From an uncultured virus (IMG/VR IMGVR_UViG_3300046836_000576) (Duplodnaviria > Heunggongvirae > Uroviricota > Caudoviricetes), in the IMG/VR virus record IMGVR_UViG_3300046836_000576: a stretch of 62,954 nt of DNA. The stretch is one strand, 5' to 3'. Positions 54,235 to 62,954 of the stretch are shown piece after piece. Positions within the stretch are counted from its first letter, which is position 1, and every line of letters begins with the position of its first letter. Position numbers and translations under genes: made by a program. A model generated the notes under the pieces. That model did not search any database. It saw nothing but the letters and a program-made list of their open reading frames with translations, and was not told the origin of the DNA.

Positions 54235-55205
54235 TGTACCTGCTCTTTACCGACACCCATTGGGATGACAATCCTGTTAATGAATACCGGTGGCAGATCT
54301 TTGATAAAATCGAAGAGATTAAGACTCAATACCCGATTACCCACACGTTTAATCTCGGCGATGCGGTTGATCGTAAGGATAGGTTTACTGGTGCTTTTGT
54401 CAATCGTCTGTTTGAGCATCTTAAACAAGTGGCACCCATAACAATACTTCGTGGTAATCATGATACCACGCTTCGTCCTCCTAATTATTTTGATTTTATG
54501 TCTGAGGAGTTTCTCAGATCCAAGATCAACTATGTGGCAAAACCAGTCCCGTTCAATGATGGATTACTATTGTTACCATTCTCTGCAAAGCCAAAAGAAG
54601 ATTGGAAGGGACTCAATTTTAGGGACTACAAAGCTGTATTTATGCACGCTACAGTCACCGGTGCTATCATTGAAAACGGGCAAGTAATGGAGAACCGAGG
54701 GTTCCCAATGATACCCGGTGATGTAAAGTTTTATAGTGGTGACGTCCATGTACCACAAGACGTTCGCAATATTACTTATGTTGGTTGTCCTTACCCTATT
54801 AAGTTTGGTGATAGGTTTCCCTGCCGTATATTACTTCTTGATGAAGATACTTTTCTCATAATGGAAGAGATCAAACTAACCCCTCCACGTAAGCTCATGG
54901 TTGATATTAGGGATATTGAAGGGTTAGAAAAGATAAGAGTAAGGCAAGGTGATCAAGTAAAGATACGATTTTCCTGCAATCCTGCTGATATAGATTCCTT
55001 TGGACAGACCGAAGCTGCAATCTTGCGGTGGGCAAAAGAGCGTGGGGTAACGATCGCCGGTACAGAAGTGATCGTAAGCTCCACGTATAATAGGGATGTA
55101 GACACCAATCAGACACCTGAAATGATACTTAGGCGGTTTGCCGAACATGAAGGATTGACTGATGATATGCTTGGGGTTGGATTGATTATGTTGAAGGAGA
55201 TGTAG
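54234..55205 (+). CDS. SbcD/Mre11-like metallophosphoesterase nuclease
   Basis: DTH, GD..D, GNHD, H and SGDVH..Q motifs. Confidence 0.9.
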   Translation: MYLLFTDTHWDDNPVNEYRWQIFDKIEEIKTQYPITHTFNLGDAVDRKDRFTGAFVNRLFEHLKQVAPITILRGNHDTTLRPPNYFDFMSEEFLRSKINYVAKPVPFNDGLLLLPFSAKPKEDWKGLNFRDYKAVFMHATVTGAIIENGQVMENRGFPMIPGDVKFYSGDVHVPQDVRNITYVGCPYPIKFGDRFPCRILLLDEDTFLIMEEIKLTPPRKLMVDIRDIEGLEKIRVRQGDQVKIRFSCNPADIDSFGQTEAAILRWAKERGVTIAGTEVIVSSTYNRDVDTNQTPEMILRRFAEHEGLTDDMLGVGLIMLKEM

Positions 55206-55439
55206 ATGTTAAAGGGGATCGCTGAAGAAAAGGACGGTCGCAAAGTTGTACTGATTGGCCTGTCACGTAAAAATCTAGAAATACTTATGGCTGAAATGTT
55301 AGATACTCACATCAGGGTATCTGGCAAGGAAATGGGCATCCCCATGGATATACTCATTTTCTCTGGTGAGACCGAAGAAGTAATGTCGCTTATGATGACT
55401 CAGAAAAATACCAAGATGTATCTACATTCGGATGAGTAA
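55206..55439 (+). CDS. Hypothetical protein
   Basis: AAGGAG RBS; IGLSRKNL motif. Confidence 0.6.
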   Translation: MLKGIAEEKDGRKVVLIGLSRKNLEILMAEMLDTHIRVSGKEMGIPMDILIFSGETEEVMSLMMTQKNTKMYLHSDE

Positions 55440-55639
55440 GCAACGATGGGGAAATTACGGTATTAGATGGGAAAAGGGCTTCTGGGTAGTTCATATCATC
55501 TGGATGTATTATGGTGGTGATCGTCATTGGTGTTCCAGTAGTCGTATGTTAAAGCGCAGATCCAAATCATTGCCTCGATTGTTAGAGAAGATGTCTAATG
55601 CTGAAGCGGTGATGCTGTTTCCTACTGCGGAGAAATGTA

Positions 55640-56035
55640 ATGTCATCGTTCAAACCGACTCTTTGCATTGATTTTGATGGTGTGATCCATCATTACTCTA
55701 GAGGTTGGCAGGATGGGGCTATCTATGATGATGCTGTCCCTGGATTCTTTGAATGGTTAAAAATAACGCAGAAGCACTTTCGGATCGTTATCTATTCTTC
55801 TCGATCGGATACACCTGAAGGTATTGAATTAATGAAAGATTGGCTAACTAAACAATACGCTGTATGGCTTCGTGGAACCGGGAATGTAGGGGTCATTGAG
55901 GAGATTGAGTTTTCTAATGTTAAGCCACCCGCTTGGTTGACTATTGATGATCGAGCAATTCACTTTAAGGGTGATTGGTCTGCACCGGAACTTAGTGTTG
56001 ATGCTATGCTTAACTTTAAACCATGGAATGGCTAG
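55640..56035 (+). CDS. HAD-superfamily phosphatase (minimal)
   Basis: IDFDGVIH, SSR and KP....IDDR motifs. Confidence 0.85.
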   Translation: MSSFKPTLCIDFDGVIHHYSRGWQDGAIYDDAVPGFFEWLKITQKHFRIVIYSSRSDTPEGIELMKDWLTKQYAVWLRGTGNVGVIEEIEFSNVKPPAWLTIDDRAIHFKGDWSAPELSVDAMLNFKPWNG

Positions 56036-57820
56036 ATGAAACGGGTCGATTTAATACGAGTTGACCTGTCAAACTTTCGTTCCTTTGTGCGGGCTACTAG
56101 TATTGAGTTTAGTCCTAGTGCTGGGCTGAAGCTTATTAGTGGCAGCAATGAAATGGAACCTGCACTGGGGGCAAATGGTGCGGGCAAGTCTACTGTATGG
56201 GATGCGGTATGTTGGTGTGTATCTGATAGATCGATCAAGGGGCTTAGGACATCTGAGTTAGTTAGTTATGGTAAGGATAAGACTCAAGTAACAACGTATT
56301 GGGATATTGAAGGTATAATAGTTAGAGTGGACCGCACGGGTCCACCCAGTCATGTCTTTATTGATGGTGATCCAGCCACCACAGAAGATGTTGAGCGTCT
56401 ATTAGGATTGTCTCGGTCTAGATTTCTCAACTCAGTGATCTTTGGGCAAGCTGTACCCCTGTTTATAGACCTACCCGTACCGGCACGTGGAGACCTGCTG
56501 GACGAGGTCTTAGATCTCGAGCTATGGATGCAGGCCGCAGATAAAGCTAGTGTACAGCACCGGAGCAAGGCTGCAGAGCTGGTGGAACTACAGAATACCA
56601 TTGCAAGGGTCACTGGCCGCATAGAAGGTCTCCCAGATGTCGATAGACTAGCTGAAATGGAGGGTAACTGGGAGGATGAAAGAAAGGCTAGAGTACGTCA
56701 GTTAAAGACCAGGCTTAAGATTGTACAGGGTGAATTGAGAACATTAGGCATTCCAACTGAGGATGTAGTTGTAGATGTTGCAGCTCGAAAGAAGGAGTAC
56801 GAAGCTCAGCGGTATAGGCTGCACGCATACGAAAGGGAAAGTGGAAAGCTTAGGGCAAAGTGGGATAGGTTTGTTGAGGAGATGACATTTATTGAAGAGA
56901 ATAGTGCATGTCCCGTCTGCGGGCAGGATATTGGGAAGGAGTACGCTGAAATCCATGGTCAACACCTGAAGGAAGGGTGCGAGAAGGCATTTGAAGAGCT
57001 TGAGGCCCAGAAATCGCTGATAGAACGTGCTGCAAATCGACTAAAAGCCTTAGAATCGGCTTGGACGGCCGCCATGCAAGCAGAATCTGCAGCCAAGCAA
57101 GCATTTGCAGTGATAAAGGCTAACGTGGTAGCAAAAACCAGGGAGGTAAAAGGCCTTCAGGAACAGGTAGACCAAGCTAATGCTGAAGTAAATCCCTATA
57201 CAGAACAGAAGATCAAGGCTTTACATGATAAGGATCTTCTTGAAGCTGAATTACTATTTAAGCGAGATGAGGAAAAAGCACAGGTATCCCATCTTGCAAA
57301 ACTTAACTATTGGCGGCAGGGGTTTAGAAAGGTTCGCTTGTTCTGTCTTGAAAACGTATTACAAGAGTTAACAGTAGAAACAAGGAATTCTCTGTTAGCA
57401 TTGGGATTGATTGGTTGGAAGATTGCCTTTAAAACAGCAACAGAGACCAAGTCTGGATCAGTAAAGTTAGGTGTGCAGGTGGATGTTCACCCACCAAATG
57501 CTACACATGGTAGGTTTAGTAAGTTTGATGTCTTAAGTGGTGGTGAAGGGCAGCGGGCAAGACTGGCGGGTAGTTTGGGTCTTGCCAGTCTGGTGCAAAG
57601 ATGGGCAGGAGTCCACTATAACTTTGAAGTGTGGGATGAACCGACCGCGTGGTTGTCCTCTGAGGGTGTTGAGAATTTGTTGGATTGTTTGTCTTACAGG
57701 GCAGATTCACAACAAAAGAGTGTTTGGTTGTGTGATCATAGAGCATTGATGCATAGTTCCTTTGCAGAGACTTATTCAGTCGTAAAAAATAATTTAGGAA
57801 GCCACTGGGAAAGGGTTTAG
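56036..57820 (+). CDS. SbcC/Rad50-like ATPase
   Basis: NFRSF, NGAGKS, Zn hook CPVC, LSGGE, DEP and DH motifs. Confidence 0.92.
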   Translation: MKRVDLIRVDLSNFRSFVRATSIEFSPSAGLKLISGSNEMEPALGANGAGKSTVWDAVCWCVSDRSIKGLRTSELVSYGKDKTQVTTYWDIEGIIVRVDRTGPPSHVFIDGDPATTEDVERLLGLSRSRFLNSVIFGQAVPLFIDLPVPARGDLLDEVLDLELWMQAADKASVQHRSKAAELVELQNTIARVTGRIEGLPDVDRLAEMEGNWEDERKARVRQLKTRLKIVQGELRTLGIPTEDVVVDVAARKKEYEAQRYRLHAYERESGKLRAKWDRFVEEMTFIEENSACPVCGQDIGKEYAEIHGQHLKEGCEKAFEELEAQKSLIERAANRLKALESAWTAAMQAESAAKQAFAVIKANVVAKTREVKGLQEQVDQANAEVNPYTEQKIKALHDKDLLEAELLFKRDEEKAQVSHLAKLNYWRQGFRKVRLFCLENVLQELTVETRNSLLALGLIGWKIAFKTATETKSGSVKLGVQVDVHPPNATHGRFSKFDVLSGGEGQRARLAGSLGLASLVQRWAGVHYNFEVWDEPTAWLSSEGVENLLDCLSYRADSQQKSVWLCDHRALMHSSFAETYSVVKNNLGSHWERV

Positions 57821-57858
57821 TTATCGTATAAAATAAGTATTCAGCTGTGGGGATAGCT

Positions 57859-58134
57859 ATGGTATGGATCCCTCCTCAAGATATTAACCTCTCTCCACCT
57901 CCTGAAGATGGTGAAGAATTAAAGAAGACATTGATGCGTCGTCGGGAGATACGTGGCACAGGTGTATGTGCCATGTGTGAGAATTCGGTATTTGGTCGTG
58001 ATTTAACACTTGATAATGATGATGGTATTTGTGAGCTCGGGGATTTTGAAGGGGGAGATATTTTGTGTTTTTGGTGCTTTGAGGATTACGTATTTGGTGA
58101 CCCTAATGACTTTACACCTGGAGGACATGCGTGA
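57859..58134 (+). CDS. Zn-finger hypothetical protein
   Basis: CAMC...CFWC motifs. Confidence 0.5.
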   Translation: MVWIPPQDINLSPPPEDGEELKKTLMRRREIRGTGVCAMCENSVFGRDLTLDNDDGICELGDFEGGDILCFWCFEDYVFGDPNDFTPGGHA

Positions 58135-58586
58135 TGTATCAGGTAGTCAAGCGCTACGGTCATGAAGAAGGTTGGTCTTGTACATTCCGGCAACATCGAG
58201 CAACTCACTCTCATTGCCGGTTTATACATGGTTACCCACTAGCATTTGAAATCACTTTTGAATGCGAATTTCTTGATGCTCGTAACTGGTGTATAGACTT
58301 TGGTGGACTGAAGCCACTAAAGGCTTGGCTCCAGTCAATGTTTGATCACAAGATGCTTGTTGCGGAAGATGATCCGCAGATTGAGTTCTTTAAGCTAATC
58401 GCAGACGGTGGTAATGCCATTGCCGACATTGTTATTGTACCCGATGTTGGATGTGAAAAGTTTGCTGAAATGGCCTATTATGAAGCGGATCGAATACTTG
58501 GGGAGATTGGAGAGAAGCCTAGGGTTAAATTGAGGTCTGTGCGAGTGTCTGAGCATGGAGGCAATAGTGCCATCTTCTCAGGATGA
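58131..58586 (+). CDS. queD: 6-carboxy-5,6,7,8-tetrahydropterin synthase
   Basis: SHC..IHGY, DFGGLK, FDH and V.E...NSA motifs. Confidence 0.92.
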   Translation: MMYQVVKRYGHEEGWSCTFRQHRATHSHCRFIHGYPLAFEITFECEFLDARNWCIDFGGLKPLKAWLQSMFDHKMLVAEDDPQIEFFKLIADGGNAIADIVIVPDVGCEKFAEMAYYEADRILGEIGEKPRVKLRSVRVSEHGGNSAIFSG

Positions 58587-58826
58587 TTTTTTTGAGTTTC
58601 GGCCGAGAGGTGTCTTAGCTCATCGAGGTGATCGATTGGAGCAGCTTCGCGAATTACGGCAAGCTGGTGCACCTCGTTTTATGGTGCGACATAATCAATT
58701 AAGTCTGTGGGCATACAGACAAGCGTTAAAGAACCCTGCATACTTTTGCAAGGATGTAACCATTCCTGGTCTGCAAGAGAATTTCGTTAAGTTTGTTATG
58801 ATACACTATACAGCGGGACGAACATA

Positions 58827-59531
58827 ATGCCCGATACGATCCTCATAGCGGAATTGTTTGGTCCTGTTCTGCAAGGGGAGGGTGCACTAGCGGGAAAGGC
58901 TAGTCACTTTATTCGCACTAGTGGTTGCAGTTACCGTTGCACTTGGTGTGACTCTATGCACGCTGTTGACCCAGATCAGATTCAAGCAAATTCTAGAAAG
59001 ATGCCTATTGAAGATATTCTTAGAGAGGTAGAGGAACTACCAAAGGTTCCCTGGGTTACATTATCTGGTGGTGATCCGGTTGCTTGGGATTTGACTCATT
59101 TATGTCTTGAATTAAAGATGATGGGTTACAAGGTTGCTGTTGAAACGCAAGGTGCATTGTGGAATGACTGGCTTGAATTTTCTACCTTTGTAACCTGTTC
59201 CCCCAAACCACCCAGTAGTGGGATGGTGGATAGGCTGGACATTGCAATCTTACAAAAGTATTCAGTTAGGTTTCATGACAATATGGTGTTCAAGATAGTT
59301 GCTTTTGATGATGAAGATCTTGACTTTGTTCAACGTATACATCGCGCCTTCCCAATGATTCCGATGTACATCACGGCTGGTACTCCGGCAGGTGAAGTGT
59401 TTGTCCGCAGGAACATTATCGAAGGGTTCCGCAAGATATCTGAATCTGTATTAAAACGTCCTCAGTTATTTGATGTGACGGTGGGTATACAACAACATGC
59501 CCTAATGTATGGGCGGGAGTTGGGGAGATAG
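58827..59531 (+). CDS. queE: 7-carboxy-7-deazaguanine synthase (radical SAM)
   Basis: E.FGP..QGEG, F.R..GCSYRCTWCDS, LSGGDP, ETQG, SPKPPSSG and Q.H motifs. Confidence 0.95.
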   Translation: MPDTILIAELFGPVLQGEGALAGKASHFIRTSGCSYRCTWCDSMHAVDPDQIQANSRKMPIEDILREVEELPKVPWVTLSGGDPVAWDLTHLCLELKMMGYKVAVETQGALWNDWLEFSTFVTCSPKPPSSGMVDRLDIAILQKYSVRFHDNMVFKIVAFDDEDLDFVQRIHRAFPMIPMYITAGTPAGEVFVRRNIIEGFRKISESVLKRPQLFDVTVGIQQHALMYGRELGR

Positions 59532-59670
59532 ATGGAAGAGATTCGCTTTACCGAGTGTCCGGAATGCGGTAAAGAGGTAAAGTATCTGTGGGATGGAGGA
59601 GTCATCCCAACGGAACAATACGTTTTGATTGTCGATTCGATATATCATACCAAGTGCTGGGAGAAGTTAG

Positions 59671-60090
59671 TTGACGAGCACCCGACAGAAGGTTAATCTA
59701 TTCTGGTCTGATATTGATCACGCGAGTAATCGTTTGATTAAGAAGATGCGAGAGGATTCAATTGTAAAGCCTACAAGTATAATCATGCCGGTATATCGTG
59801 GTGGATTAGTTCCTGGTTCAATGCTTGCCTATGAGTTTGATATTAAGGAGTTGATATGTATTGATCCAAAGATTAGTTATGTTATGTCTCATTACTCTGA
59901 TTTGATAGTTGTTGATGACGTTTATGACACGGGTTCGACTTTTGCAAAATTGCAAAACTTCTACCCACACGCTACTTACGTCGCATTGTTCTCCAAGATT
60001 CCTTACGGTTGTCATTACTATGGTAAGCTGGTGGATCCAGATGATTGGTTGGTGTTCCCTTGGGCAAAGAATGATGAAGTAAACAGATGA
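59671..60090 (+). CDS. Type I purine phosphoribosyltransferase (Gpt-like)
   Basis: RGGLVP, VVDDVYDTGST (PRPP loop) and W.VFPW motifs. Confidence 0.88.
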   Translation: MTSTRQKVNLFWSDIDHASNRLIKKMREDSIVKPTSIIMPVYRGGLVPGSMLAYEFDIKELICIDPKISYVMSHYSDLIVVDDVYDTGSTFAKLQNFYPHATYVALFSKIPYGCHYYGKLVDPDDWLVFPWAKNDEVNR

Positions 60091-60290
60091 ACCGTTACGA
60101 AGACCCAAAAGATCCATTCAATAGTGACTTCTATTGGACGGGTAAAGCATGTATTGAAAAGGGTTGTGAAAAGCCTGCTGGAACGTATTGGTCTCGGCTT
60201 TGGTGCTTTGATCACAATGTTAAAAGAATGCGTCGGATAGATAAGTCTCTTGAACCATTTCGGCATGTGTTAGATGAGAAATCCTCCTAA
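60087..60290 (+). CDS. Small Cys-containing hypothetical protein
   Basis: C....C..PAGT.WS..WC..HN motif. Confidence 0.55.
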   Translation: MNRYEDPKDPFNSDFYWTGKACIEKGCEKPAGTYWSRLWCFDHNVKRMRRIDKSLEPFRHVLDEKSS

Positions 60291-60471
60291 ACCCATCCGG
60301 GTGTTCTTTAGTCCATTGTCTCGTCGCTTTTACGCGACTCGAGCATACCGTGAAGAAGAAAATGGTCTAATCATTGTCACCGGGGAGAAGTTTGATGTAA
60401 CTAATGACATCGCTGGGTTGATTGAACAGCATAACGTCACATTCAAGATACGAGAAGAGGTGGAGGAATAG
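60274..60471 (+). CDS. Hypothetical protein
   Basis: SPLS.R.YA...TG.K.DVT motif seen in small phage proteins. Confidence 0.6.
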   Translation: MRNPPKPIRVFFSPLSRRFYATRAYREEENGLIIVTGEKFDVTNDIAGLIEQHNVTFKIREEVEE

Positions 60472-60813
60472 ATGGCGTTCATTCTTGAAATTCAAATGGA
60501 TAACGTAAAGCATCATCTGGTGATGCCGGATATGGACACGGCCAAATGCTGGCTTGCTAAGCTTGAACCCCATGTTGGTGTCCGCTTTAAGAATCGTGAG
60601 ACCGAACAAATGCGGATACCGTCAGTGGAGGGCGAGGCCGTTATCTCTTTGGAGCACATCATCAGTGCGCGGGCGATCGACGGGAAGATCTATCAAGACG
60701 CAGTTTCGGAAGAGAGAATCGCCGAGCGCACCGAGTTCGCCAATATATTCCGTAAGGTTGACTCTGAAATCTGGGAGAAGATCTTAGAACGACTAGAGTC
60801 TAAAAAGGAGTAA
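60472..60813 (+). CDS. Hypothetical protein
   Basis: GGAGG RBS. Confidence 0.6.
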   Translation: MAFILEIQMDNVKHHLVMPDMDTAKCWLAKLEPHVGVRFKNRETEQMRIPSVEGEAVISLEHIISARAIDGKIYQDAVSEERIAERTEFANIFRKVDSEIWEKILERLESKKE

Positions 60814-60817
60814 ACCA

Positions 60818-62566
60818 ATGGGTCCACAAACTGAATCTGCTGATCGTCTTCATGCAATGAAGTATCGATCACCCGGTGAAGACTTTCGTGAGTCAATGAA
60901 TCGAGTGGCCTTTGGTCTAAAGGACTCGGATAACCACTATCATCAGTTTAGAGAGGTTATCCTAGACCAGCGTTTCCTCACCGGTGGCAGGATTCAGTCC
61001 GCTGTGGGCTCCTCCAAGCACGTTACTGCTCATAACTGTTACGTGTCAGGGACTATAGCTGACTCCTATGTTGAAGGACCGGGCTCTATTATGCACCGGG
61101 CGCATGAAGCGGCAGCAACGATGCGCATGGGAGGTGGGATTGGCTACGACTTTTCAACTCTACGTCCAAGAGGAGAATTGGTTGCTAAGTTGCAATCTCA
61201 GTCTTCTGGACCTGTCTCCTTTATGCACATTTATGACGCTGTATGTCTTGCCACTGCGTCCTCCGGGCACCGGAGAGGCGCTCAAATGGGAATCCTACGG
61301 ATCGATCATCCCGACATCGAAGAATTCATTCATGCTAAAAATAATCGTGATAAGTTGGTGGGATTCAATATTAGCGTGGCAGTAACTGATGAGTTTATGG
61401 AAGCGGTAGCAAAGGGTAGTGAGTTTGCGCTGCGCTGGGGTGGTAAAGTTTATCGGTACGTGGATGCGCAGGAACTGTGGGAAAACCTGATGCGGTCTAC
61501 CTGGGATTGGGGTGAGCCCGGTGTAGTCTTTATCGATACAATCAACCGCATGAACAACCTGTACTACTGCGAGATCATTGCTGCCACTAATCCTTGTAGT
61601 GAACAACCCTTGCCACCCTTTGGTGCTTGTCTGCTTGGATCGTTCAACCTTGTCAAGTATCTGTCTCGGCAGCCACTAAGGTTGATGAACTCACTTGATA
61701 CTCTCCCGTCACCATGGTCATTTGATTCTGATAGGTTAAGGGCGGATGTCCCACCTGTGGTTAGGGCACTGGATAATGTTGTTGATAAGACTCGTTATCC
61801 CTTGGCAGAGCAACGTGGGGAGGCTATCACCAAGCGCAGGATGGGGATTGGGATTACAGGACTTGCCAATGCTGGTGAGGCACTGGGGTTCCCCTATGGG
61901 TCTGAAGCGTTTTGCTACTTTGAATCTGCTGTCTTGGAGACTATTGAAGAGGCAGCTTACTTGGCAAGTGCGGATCTTGCTGAGGAAAAGGGTGCATTCC
62001 CATTGTTTGATGCGGAGCGTTATCTTGAAGGTGAGCACGTTAAGCGTCTATCGGAAGAAGTTCAGTATGCCATCAGAAAGAAGGGAATCCGCAATTCGCA
62101 TCTGACCTCTATTGCACCCACAGGCACAATCTCGCTTTGCGCTGACAATGTAAGCTCTGCCCTGGAGCCTGTATTTGCCTATCGGCAAGAGCGTCCGATC
62201 AATACACCCACCGGTGCAATGATCGACGTGCTTGATGACTATGGGGCTAAGTTCTTGCAGGTGAGGGGAAAGCTGGCTGCAGATGTTACCGCAGATGAGC
62301 ATCTCAAAGTCCTGTTGGCGGCACAACCACACTTAGACTCTGCTGCTTCCAAGACAGTGAATATGGATGGTCGAAAGATGCCTTGGGCGGACTTTAAGGC
62401 GATCTATCAAACAGTGTGGGAGAATGGTGGTAAGGGCTGCGCCACATTTAACAGCGCTGGTAAGCGGGGCAGCCTGCTTAGTGATGCAGAGCGCGAGGAC
62501 CCACCGGTATACGAAGGGGATTCGTGCGAGGTGGACCCACTAACTGGAAGGCGTAGTTGTGAGTAA
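60818..62566 (+). CDS. nrdJ: Class II (B12-dependent) ribonucleotide reductase
   Basis: GGRI, NCYV, GGGIG.DFS.LRP, RRGAQM, TNPCSEQ, C.LGS.NL, IAPTGTIS and a C-terminal C......C; no beta subunit in the window. Confidence 0.88.
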   Translation: MGPQTESADRLHAMKYRSPGEDFRESMNRVAFGLKDSDNHYHQFREVILDQRFLTGGRIQSAVGSSKHVTAHNCYVSGTIADSYVEGPGSIMHRAHEAAATMRMGGGIGYDFSTLRPRGELVAKLQSQSSGPVSFMHIYDAVCLATASSGHRRGAQMGILRIDHPDIEEFIHAKNNRDKLVGFNISVAVTDEFMEAVAKGSEFALRWGGKVYRYVDAQELWENLMRSTWDWGEPGVVFIDTINRMNNLYYCEIIAATNPCSEQPLPPFGACLLGSFNLVKYLSRQPLRLMNSLDTLPSPWSFDSDRLRADVPPVVRALDNVVDKTRYPLAEQRGEAITKRRMGIGITGLANAGEALGFPYGSEAFCYFESAVLETIEEAAYLASADLAEEKGAFPLFDAERYLEGEHVKRLSEEVQYAIRKKGIRNSHLTSIAPTGTISLCADNVSSALEPVFAYRQERPINTPTGAMIDVLDDYGAKFLQVRGKLAADVTADEHLKVLLAAQPHLDSAASKTVNMDGRKMPWADFKAIYQTVWENGGKGCATFNSAGKRGSLLSDAEREDPPVYEGDSCEVDPLTGRRSCE

Positions 62567-62852
62567 CCGATCCAATCGCAACCGAACGGCGCGCGCGGAG
62601 CGGATCGTCGACGTTGTGCTCGCCGAATTTGGGCAAGCGGTGATCCGCAAAATATCGATGCGCGACGCGATGGTGGCAGCATGTGCCGCCGCTTTGATCG
62701 ATAGGGAGGGCCATCAAACGCCCTGCTTGTCGGCGCTCGCCAGCGGCGACGCGTGCCAGCCAGACGAGACGTTAAAGCGTTGCGCGATCTGCGGCTTTGT
62801 CGTCGATACGAAATTCGCCGCTGAAAAGCCGACTGTGAGGATGCGGCCATGA
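62559..62852 (+). CDS. Hypothetical protein
   Basis: GTG start overlapping the nrdJ stop; CAICG motif. Confidence 0.45.
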   Translation: MSNRSNRNRTARAERIVDVVLAEFGQAVIRKISMRDAMVAACAAALIDREGHQTPCLSALASGDACQPDETLKRCAICGFVVDTKFAAEKPTVRMRP

Positions 62853-62954
62853 CCAGCACGGTTGTTCATGCGAACGATTTGGATCGGGCACGCGCCTTGC
62901 TCGCCAACGACCCTGATGAAATGGATGAGGAGTGGCTCGCGGAGATTATCGCTG

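Noticed and set aside
1..62954. Integrase, att sites or host chromosomal flanks
   Set aside because: No recombinase or housekeeping synteny was seen. The whole window reads as phage, so lifestyle cannot be determined.

Overview
This window is a 63-kb segment of a tailed dsDNA phage genome, probably with a contractile tail. The host is likely a proteobacterium, possibly an alphaproteobacterium (inferred from the PEP-CTERM and OpgC cargo). Layout: (1) 1-11.5 kb (+): baseplate and tail module with three tail-fibre genes ending in S74-type chaperone domains. (2) 11.6-19.8 kb (-): early/accessory region. It holds two PEP-CTERM surface proteins behind an apparently intact sigma54/IHF/enhancer promoter, an Acb2/Tad1-like hairpin protein, an XRE regulator, a gamma-glutamylcyclotransferase, an amidoligase and candidate structured RNAs. 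(3) 20-35 kb: SNF2 helicase, phage sigma factor, primase, an AT-rich opgC, three ParB-related genes, a palindrome-rich intergenic region and a DnaB-like helicase. (4) 36-44 kb: 7-deazaguanine DNA-modification cluster (folE, C-terminally shortened queC, TGT/DpdA-like gene), interleaved with an SDR, a radical SAM enzyme, a methyltransferase, a PIG-L deacetylase and a glycosyltransferase. (5) 44-63 kb: replication and recombination genes (beta clamp, split UDG-exonuclease/Pol A, clamp loader, SSB, RecA, resolvase, SbcD/SbcC), then queD, queE, a purine phosphoribosyltransferase and nrdJ. The two strongest candidates for an undescribed system are the extended deazaguanine hypermodification pathway and the phage-borne, host-regulated PEP-CTERM cassette. 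All functional calls come from motif recognition by eye; no database searches were run.
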